Shown one piece after another: positions 1-8,542 of a stretch of DNA of 39,755 nucleotides. Each line of letters opens with the position of its first letter. Positions within the stretch are counted from its first letter, which is position 1. The position numbers were made by a program, and so were the translations under genes. This DNA is from Planctomycetaceae bacterium (GTDB lineage Bacteria > Actinomycetota > UBA4738 > HRBIN12), in assembly GCA_050257835.1 (NCBI GenBank), contig JBLMXP010000060.1, positions 1 to 39,755 on the forward strand. Direction: 5' to 3'. Under the pieces are notes generated by a model. That model had not been told where the DNA came from and did no database searches. It saw only the letters and a program-made list of their open reading frames with translations.

Positions 1-33
1 TGAGGGTTCGATAGGGTGGCCCTCCATGCACGA

Positions 34-109
34 GGCTTCTGCCCGGTTCGGGGCCTTCCCGCCGAGCCGCTTCCCCCGGAGGCCTTCCTCGAAGGAGACG
101 AGGAAGGTT
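34..109 (+). promoter_or_regulatory. Structured 5' leader of the rpfB-like/rsmA/ispE operon
   Basis: TAGGGT -10-like box at 12-17. Nested stems 34-41/77-84 and 44-51/62-69. Perfect 9-bp stem CCTTCCTCG (83-91)/CGAGGAAGG (99-107) abuts the TTG start at 108. Confidence 0.45.
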
Positions 110-1226
110 GGTCAGACCCACGAGGCTCCGGCGGTTGCGGCTCCGACGCGCGACCCACGCGGCGACGCTCGTCGCCGGCGTGCTGCTGCTGTCGTGGGTC
201 GTGACGCTCGCCTCGCGCAAGGACGTGACGATCGTCGTCGACGGTCAGCCGATCGCGATGCAGACGACGTCGGGCAACGTCCGCGAACTCCTGGCGTCGA
301 CGGGCCTGCCGTCCGACGTCCGGGTCGAGCCGTCGCCGGGGACCGCTCTGGCCGACGGCATGACCGTGATCGTGAGCCCGCCGCCGGGGATCCCGGCCGT
401 GGCGCTCACGCACATGGTCGACCCTCACGCTGTGGGGGTCTGGGTGGTGGAGCGATCGGGCAAGGAGCCGCTCGGGAAGGCGGCCTCCGAGCTCGACGGG
501 ACCGCGGTTCCCGCGGACGCCGTCGGCACCTCTTCGATCGTCTCCGTGCGAGCCGTCGTGTCGGGGAAGGTGCACGACGTCTCGACCAACGCGAGCACGG
601 TCGGGGAACTCCTCTCGGCCATGAGGATCCACGCCGACGCTGACGACCGCGTCGCTCCGCCACCCAGCACCCCACTTCACGACGGCCAGACCGTCACCTA
701 CGACCGGGTCGACGTCCGCACGACGACCGAGATGGCCGCGGTGCCGTTCTCGACCCACTTCACCTACACGCCGCACCTGTTGCCGGGGCAGGTCGTGACG
801 GTCCGGCCGGGGAGCCCCGGGCTCGAGCGGCGGACGGTCCGCACGACGTCGGTCGACGGTCACGTCACGTCCAGGGTCGTGCTCTCCGAGGAGACGCTGC
901 GGATCGCGGTCCCCGCCCACGTGCTCTCCGGGCCGATGGCGATGTCCGACGGCGCGCTGTCCGAGCCGGGCACCGGCGCCACGACCCAGACCGGCAACGC
1001 GACGTGGTACGACCCGCCGTGGTCGGGCCTGACCGCCGCGCATCCGTGGCTGCCGTTCGGCACCCACGTGACGGTGACGGACCTCGCGACCGGGCGCTCC
1101 GTTACCGTGGTGATCGATGACCGGGGACCGTTCGCGCAGGGGCGCATCATCGACCTCTCTCCCGAAGCCTTCTCCCGACTCGCCCCCCTCGGCAGCGGCG
1201 TCCTCCACGTCCGGCTCTCCTGGTGA
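108..1226 (+). CDS. RpfB/YabE-like cell-wall protein (TM, DUF348-like repeats, G5-like region) with C-terminal RlpA-like double-psi beta-barrel domain
   Basis: N-terminal TM; 'VTIVVDGQ...V.ELL...D.V.P...L.DG' repeats; G5-like 'VPF...PGSPG' region; C-terminal 'ATWY...TAAHPWLPFGT.VTV...V.IDDRGPF...IIDLSPEAF'; directly upstream of ksgA. Confidence 0.85.
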   Translation: MVRPTRLRRLRLRRATHAATLVAGVLLLSWVVTLASRKDVTIVVDGQPIAMQTTSGNVRELLASTGLPSDVRVEPSPGTALADGMTVIVSPPPGIPAVALTHMVDPHAVGVWVVERSGKEPLGKAASELDGTAVPADAVGTSSIVSVRAVVSGKVHDVSTNASTVGELLSAMRIHADADDRVAPPPSTPLHDGQTVTYDRVDVRTTTEMAAVPFSTHFTYTPHLLPGQVVTVRPGSPGLERRTVRTTSVDGHVTSRVVLSEETLRIAVPAHVLSGPMAMSDGALSEPGTGATTQTGNATWYDPPWSGLTAAHPWLPFGTHVTVTDLATGRSVTVVIDDRGPFAQGRIIDLSPEAFSRLAPLGSGVLHVRLSW

Positions 1227-1230
1227 GGGC

Positions 1231-2043
1231 GTGCGCTCGCTGGCCGGGCGCCACGGCGTCCGCCCGTCCAAGGCGCTCGGGCAGCACTTCCTGACCGACC
1301 CGAACCTCTCGCGCGCGATCGCGCGCGACGCCGGCGTCGGCCCGGGGACCCGCGTGGTGGAGGTCGGCGCCGGGCTGGGGTCGCTCACGACCGCGCTCGC
1401 CGACGCCGGCGCCGCCGAGGTGCTCGCGATCGAGTTCGACGCCGGGATGATCCCCGCGCTCGAGGAGGTAGCGTCCTCGCGACCGTCGATCCGCGTCCTC
1501 CACGCCGACGCCACGAAGCTCGACTGGCCCGCGACCCTCGGCGAGGGAACCTGGGCGCTGTGCGCGAACCTCCCCTACAACGTGGGGACGTCGATCGTCC
1601 TCGACGTGCTCGAGACGGCCACGGGGGTCGAGCGGCTCGTGGTGATGGTCCAGCGCGAGGTCGGCGAGCGCCTGGCCGCTCGCGCGGGGGAGGACGCCTA
1701 CGGCGCGGTGAGCGTCCGGGTCGCCTATCGGGCGCGGGCCGAGCTGGTCCGCAAGGTCCCCCCGACGGTGTTCTGGCCGCGTCCGTCGGTGGGCTCGGTG
1801 ATCGTCCGGCTCACCCGTCTGCCGGCCCCGCCCGTCGCCGTCGAACAAGCGCGCCTGTGGCGCGTGGTCGACGAAGCCTTCGCCCAACGTCGCAAGACGA
1901 TGCGCAACGCGCTCAGGCGGCTGGGCCTCGAGGCCGCGGAGGCCGACCGGGTGCTCGGGGAGGTCGGCGTCGATCCCGCCGCGCGGCCCGAGGTGCTCGA
2001 CCTGGCGGCGTTCGCGCGCCTGGCGGAGGCCATCGCGGCGTGA
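1231..2043 (+). CDS. rsmA: 16S rRNA m6,2A dimethyltransferase KsgA/RsmA
   Basis: KALGQHFL, EVGAGLG, ANLPYNV, MVQREV and QRRKT motifs. Start placed at GTG 1231, just after the upstream stop (uncertain). Confidence 0.95.
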   Translation: MRSLAGRHGVRPSKALGQHFLTDPNLSRAIARDAGVGPGTRVVEVGAGLGSLTTALADAGAAEVLAIEFDAGMIPALEEVASSRPSIRVLHADATKLDWPATLGEGTWALCANLPYNVGTSIVLDVLETATGVERLVVMVQREVGERLAARAGEDAYGAVSVRVAYRARAELVRKVPPTVFWPRPSVGSVIVRLTRLPAPPVAVEQARLWRVVDEAFAQRRKTMRNALRRLGLEAAEADRVLGEVGVDPAARPEVLDLAAFARLAEAIAA

Positions 2044-2909
2044 GCGAGCGGATCGTCGAGCGCGCGCACGCGAAGCTCAACGTCTTCCTGCGGGTGCTCG
2101 GGCGCCGCGACGACGGCTTCCACGACGTGGAGACCCTGCTGCTGCCGCTCGAGGTCCACGACCTCGTGACGGTGGAGCCGGCCGACGCTTTCGCGGTGGA
2201 GGTGACCGGCCCACGCGCCGAGGAGCTCGCGCGCGCGGGCGGCGAGTCGCTCGTGGCGCGCGCGGCCGCGGCGGTCGCGCGCGCCACGGGGCTCCCGGCG
2301 CCCCCCGCCGTTCGCGTGACGATCGACAAGCGGGTCGCGGTCGCGGCCGGGATGGGCGGGGGGAGCGCCGACGCCGCCGCGGTCCTGCGCGCGCTCGGAC
2401 GTCTCCTCGGGGCCGGTCGCGACGATCTGGTCACGATCGCCGCCGAGGTCGGTTCGGACGTGCCGGCGTTGGTGCACGGCGGGCCGGTCTTCGCCGAAGG
2501 GCGCGGGGAGCGCGTGACACCGGTGCACGCGGTGACGTCGCACTGGGTCGTGGCGCCGCTGCCGTTCCCGGTCTCGGCCGCCGACGCATACGCGTGGTGG
2601 GACGCGCACCCGCGGACCGGCCCGGACCCCGGGGCGCTGATCGCCGCGCTGGAGACAGGCAACGATGAGCTCCTCGGCTCGGCCCTCTACGACGATCTCG
2701 CGCCCGGCGTCCTCGCCCATCATCCCGAGGTGGCCGCGACGATCGAGGCGTTCGAGGGTGCCGGCGCGCTCGGCGCGGTGATGACCGGGAGCGGACCGAC
2801 CGTCGTCGCGCTCGCCCGGCACCTGGGCCAGGCCGACGCCCTCGCCGCGGGGGTCCCCGGCGCGTTCGCGACGTCGGGCCCGCCCGTCGAGCGTCTCGTG
2901 GGGCCTTAG
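2040..2909 (+). CDS. ispE: 4-diphosphocytidyl-2C-methyl-D-erythritol kinase
   Basis: AKLNVFL, GFHDVET, AAGMGGGSADAAA, GSDVP and MTGSGPT motifs; GTGA overlap with the rsmA stop. Confidence 0.95.
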   Translation: MSERIVERAHAKLNVFLRVLGRRDDGFHDVETLLLPLEVHDLVTVEPADAFAVEVTGPRAEELARAGGESLVARAAAAVARATGLPAPPAVRVTIDKRVAVAAGMGGGSADAAAVLRALGRLLGAGRDDLVTIAAEVGSDVPALVHGGPVFAEGRGERVTPVHAVTSHWVVAPLPFPVSAADAYAWWDAHPRTGPDPGALIAALETGNDELLGSALYDDLAPGVLAHHPEVAATIEAFEGAGALGAVMTGSGPTVVALARHLGQADALAAGVPGAFATSGPPVERLVGP

Positions 2910-3292
2910 CGGCGCTTCTTCTTCTGGCCGGGCTTGCTCCGGGACGAGCCGTCGCCGCCGCCGCGCTGCACGGGGAGGCCCGCGCGCGTCCAGGCGCCCA
3001 TGCCTCCGCGGAGGTTCACGGCGTACAGGCCCGCGCGCGTGAGCATGGACGTCGCACGGCGGCTGCGGCTCCCGCTCGCGCACACGCACACGAGCTCGCG
3101 GTCGCGCGGCAGGGCGTCGAGCGCCGCTGGGAGGTCCGGGAGCGGCACCGAGCGCGCCCCGCGGATGTGCCCGGAGCGGAACTCCTGGGGCGTCCGCACG
3201 TCGAGCACGATCGGCGGCGGGGCGCCGCCGAGCTTCTCCTGCGCCTCGTCTGCGGTGATCGTCGGGGGACCGAGCCGGAGCCATCTGGACAT
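2906..3292 (-). CDS. Single-domain rhodanese (sulfurtransferase)
   Basis: LDVRTPQEF.SGHI.GA, active-site loop CASGSRS, NL.GGM.AW; start at ATG 3292. Confidence 0.88.
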   Translation of the reverse strand: MSRWLRLGPPTITADEAQEKLGGAPPPIVLDVRTPQEFRSGHIRGARSVPLPDLPAALDALPRDRELVCVCASGSRSRRATSMLTRAGLYAVNLRGGMGAWTRAGLPVQRGGGDGSSRSKPGQKKKRR

Positions 3293-3333
3293 GCCTTCAG
3301 GCTCCCAGGTCGGGCCGTAGGATGGCCGGGCCG

Positions 3334-3404
3334 TCCGGGGTGGTCTAACGGCAAGACACGGGCCTTTGGAGCCTGGGATGGAGGTTCGACCCCTCCCCCC
3401 GGAA
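3334..3404 (+). tRNA. tRNA-Gln(TTG)
   Basis: Acceptor stem TCCGGGG/CCCCGGA, D arm GTCT/AGAC, anticodon arm CGGGC-CTTTGGA-GCCTG, T arm GGAGG-TTCGACC-CCTCC. CCA not encoded. TAGGAT -10 box at 3318-3323. Confidence 0.95.
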
Positions 3405-3458
3405 CAGCGTCTCCCGGGCCGCTTTGCGGCGGTCGCCGTTGTGCTCGACACTCCTGCG

Positions 3459-6400
3459 ATGCGGACGTGCGAGTCGTGTGGCACCTCGAGTCCAGACCCA
3501 GCGGCGTTCTGCTCCGCGTGCGGCGCACGACTCGCGGCGCCCGGAGGGGAGCCTCGTCGACGCATCGTGGCCGCCCTCTTCTGCGACCTCGTCGGATCCA
3601 CGGAGCTCGCGGAGCGGACCGATCCCGAGGTCCTGCGACGCATCATGGATCGCTACTTCGGATCGATGCGCGCGTCGATCGAGCGGCATGGCGGGACCGT
3701 CGAGAAGTTCATCGGTGACGCGGTCGTCGGCGCGTTCGGGATCCCGGCCTCGCATGAGGATGACGCGCTGCGCGCCGCCCGGGCGGCGCTGGAGATGCGG
3801 CGGGCTGCCGACGACCTCGATCGCGAGCTGGGCGGGGGCGACACGCGGGTCCGGGTGCGCATCGCCATCGATGCCGGCGAGACGTTCGCGGACGACGGTG
3901 CCGTGGTCGAGGGCAGGATCGCCGGCGACGTGTTCAACACCGCGGCGAGGCTCCAGTCGGCGGCGGACGTCGGCGACGTCCTCGTCTCGGCCGCGGCCGA
4001 ACGGCTCGGGCGGGGGCACCTGCTGACCGAGCCCCTGGGAGCCCTCACCTTGAAGGGCAAGGCGGAGCCGGTCGAGGTCTTCCGGGTCCTCGGCGTTCGC
4101 GGGTCGCCTCCCACCGCGGAGACGCCGTTCGTCGGTCGGTCGCGCGCGATAGGCATGCTCGAGCACGCGCTCGAGGACGCGGTCGAGGGCGGGGGGTGCG
4201 TCCTCGTCACGGTCCTCGCTCCGCCAGGGGTCGGCAAGTCGAGGCTCGGGCAAGCCTTCGCCGCCTCCGTCCGAGGGCGCGCCCGTGTCCTCGGCGCACA
4301 GACGCCGTCTTACGGAGAGGGCGTCACGTTCTCACCGCTGATCGAGCTCCTCGCCGCCGCCGCCGGGCTACCGGGCGCGGACGCCGAGGCGGTGGCCTCG
4401 ACACTCCGGGGACGCTTGGCCGACGAGCCGGACGGACCCGCGGTGGCGGATCGGCTCGCGCAGCTCCTCGGCGTTCACGAGGCGCTCGCCGCCGACGCGT
4501 CGTGGGCCGTCCGCCGGCTCCTCGAAGCGCTCTCCACCGACCGACCGCTCGTCGTGGTCCTCGATGACATGCAGTGGGCGGAGGAGCCGATGCTCGACAT
4601 CGTCGACGCCGTCGTGGATCGGTTCCACGGCTCGCTCCTCGTACTGTGTCTCGCTCGGCCCGAGCTCCTCGACAGGCGCCCGACTTGGGGAGCGGGGAAG
4701 CCGCGGACCGCGACGACGACGCTCCCGCCGCTCGGACCCTCTGACGCCCGACGACTGGCGGAGGCCCTCCTCGTGGGGGCGCCGGGGTCCGTCATCGATC
4801 GCGTGTGCGAGACAGCCGAAGGCAACCCTCTCTTCCTGGAGCAGTTGGCGGCGATGTTCAGGGACCGGGGATCGCTCGTAGAGGGTCGGTGGCGCGGCAC
4901 GCGCGACGGCGAGGTCGAGATCCCGTCGACCGTCCAGGCCCTCTTGGCGGCCCGTATCGACGACCTCGATCCCTCGTCGCGGACGATCCTTGAACACGCA
5001 TCGGTGGAGGGTCGGAGGTTCCGCGTGACCGCGGTTCGTGCCCTCGTCGGTGACGTCGTCGACGAGGATCTCGAGCAGGCGCTCGTCACGCTGGAACGCC
5101 GCGGGCTCATCGACCCCGAGGACGAACCGGGTGGCCGGTGGCGGTTCGCGCACCGGCTGATCGCCGAAGCCGCCTACCGAGGCCTCTCGAAGGAACGTCG
5201 AGCCCTGCTGCACGAGCAGCTCGCCGACTGGCTCGTCGCCGAAGATGCCCAGCAGACCGACGTCGACGAATCGGCCGCTCGCCATCTCGAGCGCGCGTTC
5301 CATCTGCGTGAAGAGTTGGGGTTCGCAGGCGATGCCTCGGGTTCCCTCGCGGAGCGCGCCGGTCTCCTGTTCGCCGACGCGGGCGAGCGCGCGCTCTCCG
5401 GTATGGACCTGCTCGCCGCGCGCGATCTGCTCGGCCGTGCGGCGCGCTTGTTACCGGAGGGCTCGCCCCGCCGGCTCGATCTCCTCCCCAGCCTCGGTGC
5501 CGCGCTCACGGAGACCGGACGGCCGGAGGAGTCGGAGGCGTTGCTCGTGCCAGCCGTGGAGCGGTCGCGTTCCGCCGGGAACGAAGCGGCGGCGCTTCGG
5601 GCCGCCATCCAGCTCCTGGCCAACCGCGTCTACCGTTCGCCCACCCAACCCGAGATCGAAGCAGCGGCGATCGAGGCGCATGCCGCTGCGGACGCGCTCC
5701 AGGCGCTGGGTGACGACGTCGGGCTCGCAGAAGCGGCGATCGCGATCGAGTACCTGGGATGGATGCGCGGTGACCTCGAGGAGCATCGGGAGTGGGCGAT
5801 GCGGGCCGTGCGCCTTGGTCTTGCGGCCGGGCGACCGCGCGAGGCGGCGCAGGGGGTCGCCGATGCCGTCCTCGCGACGGCTCTCGGACGGATCACCTTC
5901 GACACGTTCTCCGAGGTGGCGAACGAGCTCGGAGCGATCGCCGAGCATCCGTTGACCGCGAGCGGTTCGGCGGCGCTGCGCGCGATGGCGGCCCTGGGCG
6001 CCGGGGACACCGACGCGTTCGAACGAGAAGAACGGACGTGGCGTGAGGTGGTCGAGCGGCACGGTCTGTCGTGGCTCGCGGCCGCGCAGGGGCTGGTGAT
6101 CGCGTCGCTCGAGACATGGACGGGGAGGCCAGAGGCTGCCGAACGGCGGTTGATCGAGGCGCGTGAGGTGTTGTCGGCTGCCGGCGACGTCTGGTGGCTC
6201 GGCACGATCGACCCGCAGCTGTGCAGGGCCCTGGCGATGCAGGACCGATCTCGTGAGTTCATGGCGCACGCCGACGCCTTCGAGGCCGCCGAGCTCGTTC
6301 CTGACCGCGACTCGCTCGTGCGCCGACCGCTGCTGCGCTCCGGCGTGCTCCTGATGAGAGGCCTGCTCGCGGACGCTGAGGATGCGGTGCGACGAGCGCT

Positions 6401-6587
6401 CGCTGCAGCCGATGGATCGGATCTGGTCCTCACGCAGGCGGAGTCCGATCTCATGCTCGCCGCCGTCCTCGAGGCGCGTGGCAGAGCCGAAGACGCCGCG
6501 GACGCTCGTGGTCGCGCACTCAACCTCTTGGAGGCGAAGCGGTTCCAGGCCGCGATCGACCATCTCGGCCTTACCCGAGAGGGCTAG
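3459..6587 (+). CDS. Zinc-ribbon + class III adenylate/guanylate cyclase + STAND/AAA ATPase + helical (TPR-like) protein
   Basis: CxxC...FCxxCG ribbon; FCDLVGST, EKFIGD, N.AARLQ cyclase motifs; P-loop PPGVGKS; Walker B VVLDD; GNPLF motif. The ORF-track start overlaps the tRNA, so the start is moved to ATG 3459. Confidence 0.92.
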   Translation: MRTCESCGTSSPDPAAFCSACGARLAAPGGEPRRRIVAALFCDLVGSTELAERTDPEVLRRIMDRYFGSMRASIERHGGTVEKFIGDAVVGAFGIPASHEDDALRAARAALEMRRAADDLDRELGGGDTRVRVRIAIDAGETFADDGAVVEGRIAGDVFNTAARLQSAADVGDVLVSAAAERLGRGHLLTEPLGALTLKGKAEPVEVFRVLGVRGSPPTAETPFVGRSRAIGMLEHALEDAVEGGGCVLVTVLAPPGVGKSRLGQAFAASVRGRARVLGAQTPSYGEGVTFSPLIELLAAAAGLPGADAEAVASTLRGRLADEPDGPAVADRLAQLLGVHEALAADASWAVRRLLEALSTDRPLVVVLDDMQWAEEPMLDIVDAVVDRFHGSLLVLCLARPELLDRRPTWGAGKPRTATTTLPPLGPSDARRLAEALLVGAPGSVIDRVCETAEGNPLFLEQLAAMFRDRGSLVEGRWRGTRDGEVEIPSTVQALLAARIDDLDPSSRTILEHASVEGRRFRVTAVRALVGDVVDEDLEQALVTLERRGLIDPEDEPGGRWRFAHRLIAEAAYRGLSKERRALLHEQLADWLVAEDAQQTDVDESAARHLERAFHLREELGFAGDASGSLAERAGLLFADAGERALSGMDLLAARDLLGRAARLLPEGSPRRLDLLPSLGAALTETGRPEESEALLVPAVERSRSAGNEAAALRAAIQLLANRVYRSPTQPEIEAAAIEAHAAADALQALGDDVGLAEAAIAIEYLGWMRGDLEEHREWAMRAVRLGLAAGRPREAAQGVADAVLATALGRITFDTFSEVANELGAIAEHPLTASGSAALRAMAALGAGDTDAFEREERTWREVVERHGLSWLAAAQGLVIASLETWTGRPEAAERRLIEAREVLSAAGDVWWLGTIDPQLCRALAMQDRSREFMAHADAFEAAELVPDRDSLVRRPLLRSGVLLMRGLLADAEDAVRRALAAADGSDLVLTQAESDLMLAAVLEARGRAEDAADARGRALNLLEAKRFQAAIDHLGLTREG

Positions 6588-6614
6588 CCACGTCGACGTT
6601 CCGCATGGACCTGC

Positions 6615-6653
6615 TCGCACTGGTGGTGCCGGTCGCACTGGTGGTGCCGGTCG
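6615..6653. repeat. 18-bp tandem repeat (TCGCACTGGTGGTGCCGG x2)
   Basis: Exact copies at 6615-6632 and 6633-6650, followed by a partial TCG. Confidence 0.85.
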
Positions 6654-6755
6654 TCGTGTCCTGTCGGAGCCGGGATGCTCTGCGGGCTCTTTAGGTGACC
6701 CCGCCCGTTCCGCACTTCGAGCAGCTGCCGCGTCGACTTCCTGCGGTCCCCGTAG

Positions 6756-7016
6756 CTACCGGAAGGTGATCGACCGCACGTCGTTCATCGCGATGTGCAC
6801 GTCGGTGACGTCGCCGTGCACCTTCCACGCGCAGATCATCCAGCCGTAGCTGTGGAGCACGAGCCCGGAGGAGCAGTGATGCCGCTTCCCGTCCTTCGTG
6901 ATCACGAGGGCGGGCCGGCTGGCGGTCGCGAACAGGCCCGTGTACATCACCATCCCCAGCAGGACCACGAGCAGGAACGAGGAGATGGCGACGGCGATCG
7001 TTTCGCGACGAGTCAT
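6756..7016 (-). CDS. Small hypothetical membrane-anchored protein (86 aa)
   Basis: MTRRETIAVAISSFLLVVLLGMVMYTGLF TM segment followed by a small two-Cys domain; GC3-rich codons; CAGACT box 6 nt upstream of the ATG. Confidence 0.6.
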   Translation of the reverse strand: MTRRETIAVAISSFLLVVLLGMVMYTGLFATASRPALVITKDGKRHHCSSGLVLHSYGWMICAWKVHGDVTDVHIAMNDVRSITFR

Positions 7017-7109
7017 GAGCGGAGTCTGACCCGACGCGACCCGGCGCGATAGAGCCCGGTCCGGGGCGCGTCGAGGCTCGGGCCGGTGTGGGACGATACG
7101 GGCCCTCGC

Positions 7110-8540
7110 ATGGCACAGCCCCGACGCACGCCGACCCGCTCGCTCGCCGCGGTGATCCTCGCGGCCGGCAAGGGCAAGCGCCTCCGCTCCGCCACCCCGA
7201 AGGTGCTGCACCCGATCTGCGGCAGGCCGGCCCTGTGGCACGTGCTGCGGGCGGCCTTGGGCGCGAAGCCGGACCGGATCGCGATCGTGGTTGGTCACGG
7301 CGCCGACGACGTGAGGGCCGCCGTCCGCTCGTGGGGGATCTCGCCCGAGCCGGTGTTCGTGACGCAGAAGGAGCAGCTCGGCACGGGCCACGCGGTGAAG
7401 GCCGCCAGGCGCGCGATCGGCGAGGCCGACGACGTCCTGGTCCTCGGTGGCGACTACGACCCGATCACGGACGACCACGTGCAGGAGCTCGTGCGCGCGC
7501 ACCGTCGCTCGCGCGCGGCCGCGACGATGCTCTCCGCCGAGATCGATGACCCCGGCGGCTACGGCCGCGTGGTCCGCGACGGCTCGCGCCTGGTCAAGAT
7601 CGTGGAGCACGCCGACGCGTCGGCGGCGGAGCGTCGGATCACCGAGGTCGCGCTGCTCGCGTTCGCCTTCGACCGCGCCGCCCTGTTCCGCGACCTCCCG
7701 AAGGTTGGCCGCGCGAACCGCCAGGGCGAGGAGTACCTGAACGAGGTGCTGCCGCTGATGATGGCGCGCGGCGAACGGGTCTCGGTCCTCCCGGTCGACA
7801 CCGGCGGCGTGATGGGGCTCAACTCGCGGGGCGGGCTCGCGGCCGTGACGCGCGTGGTCCGCGACCGGATCAACGCCGCGCACATGGCCAACGGCGTCAC
7901 GCTGCTCGACCCCGGCGCCACCTACCTCGACGTGGGGGTCACGATCGGTCGCGACACCGTCGTGTACCCGCAGACCTTCCTCGAGGGCGACACGACGATC
8001 GGCGAGGGCTGCGTGATCGGTCCGTCGGCGCGGATCGTCGACTCGGTCGTCGGGGACCGCAGCACGGTCCAGTTCGCGGTGGTCCTCGGCTCGAGGATCG
8101 GGCGCGACGTCTCGGTCGGTCCGTTCGTGCGGATGCGTCCCGGCGTGGTGATGGCCGACGGCTCGAAGGCTGGCGCCTTCGTCGACCTGAAGAACGCCAC
8201 GGTGGGTCCGCGCTCCAAGGTGCCGCACCTGTCCTACGTGGGCGACACGACGATCGGCGAGGACGTGAACGTCGGGGCCGCCACCGTGACCGTGAACTAC
8301 GACGGGTACGAGAAGCATCGGACCGTGATCGAGGACGGGGCCGCGATCGGGTCCGATACGATGCTGATCGCACCGGTCCGCATCGGCAGGGGGGCCGCGA
8401 CGGGAGCAGGTTCGGTGATCACGAAGGACGTCCCCGACGGCGCGCTCGCCGTCGAGCGGTCGGAGCAACGGACGGTCCCGGGGTACCGGGAGCGCAAGGA
8501 CGCGGAGCACACTGCGAAGGGGAAGCGCAAGGGGGCTTGA
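7110..8540 (+). CDS. glmU: Bifunctional UDP-GlcNAc pyrophosphorylase / GlcN-1-P acetyltransferase
   Basis: ILAAGKG.R...PKVLH, QLGTGHAV, GYGRV, hexapeptide repeats, HLSYVGD, NYDG..K; precedes prs. Confidence 0.95.
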   Translation: MAQPRRTPTRSLAAVILAAGKGKRLRSATPKVLHPICGRPALWHVLRAALGAKPDRIAIVVGHGADDVRAAVRSWGISPEPVFVTQKEQLGTGHAVKAARRAIGEADDVLVLGGDYDPITDDHVQELVRAHRRSRAAATMLSAEIDDPGGYGRVVRDGSRLVKIVEHADASAAERRITEVALLAFAFDRAALFRDLPKVGRANRQGEEYLNEVLPLMMARGERVSVLPVDTGGVMGLNSRGGLAAVTRVVRDRINAAHMANGVTLLDPGATYLDVGVTIGRDTVVYPQTFLEGDTTIGEGCVIGPSARIVDSVVGDRSTVQFAVVLGSRIGRDVSVGPFVRMRPGVVMADGSKAGAFVDLKNATVGPRSKVPHLSYVGDTTIGEDVNVGAATVTVNYDGYEKHRTVIEDGAAIGSDTMLIAPVRIGRGAATGAGSVITKDVPDGALAVERSEQRTVPGYRERKDAEHTAKGKRKGA

Positions 8541-8542
8541 GC

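Noticed and set aside
3366-3458. N-terminal extension of the cyclase ORF
   Set aside because: Starts at the tRNA anticodon; the zinc ribbon begins at ATG 3459.
3334-7085. Integrative element or prophage at tRNA-Gln
   Set aside because: No integrase and no duplicated tRNA 3' end (att) seen in the window.
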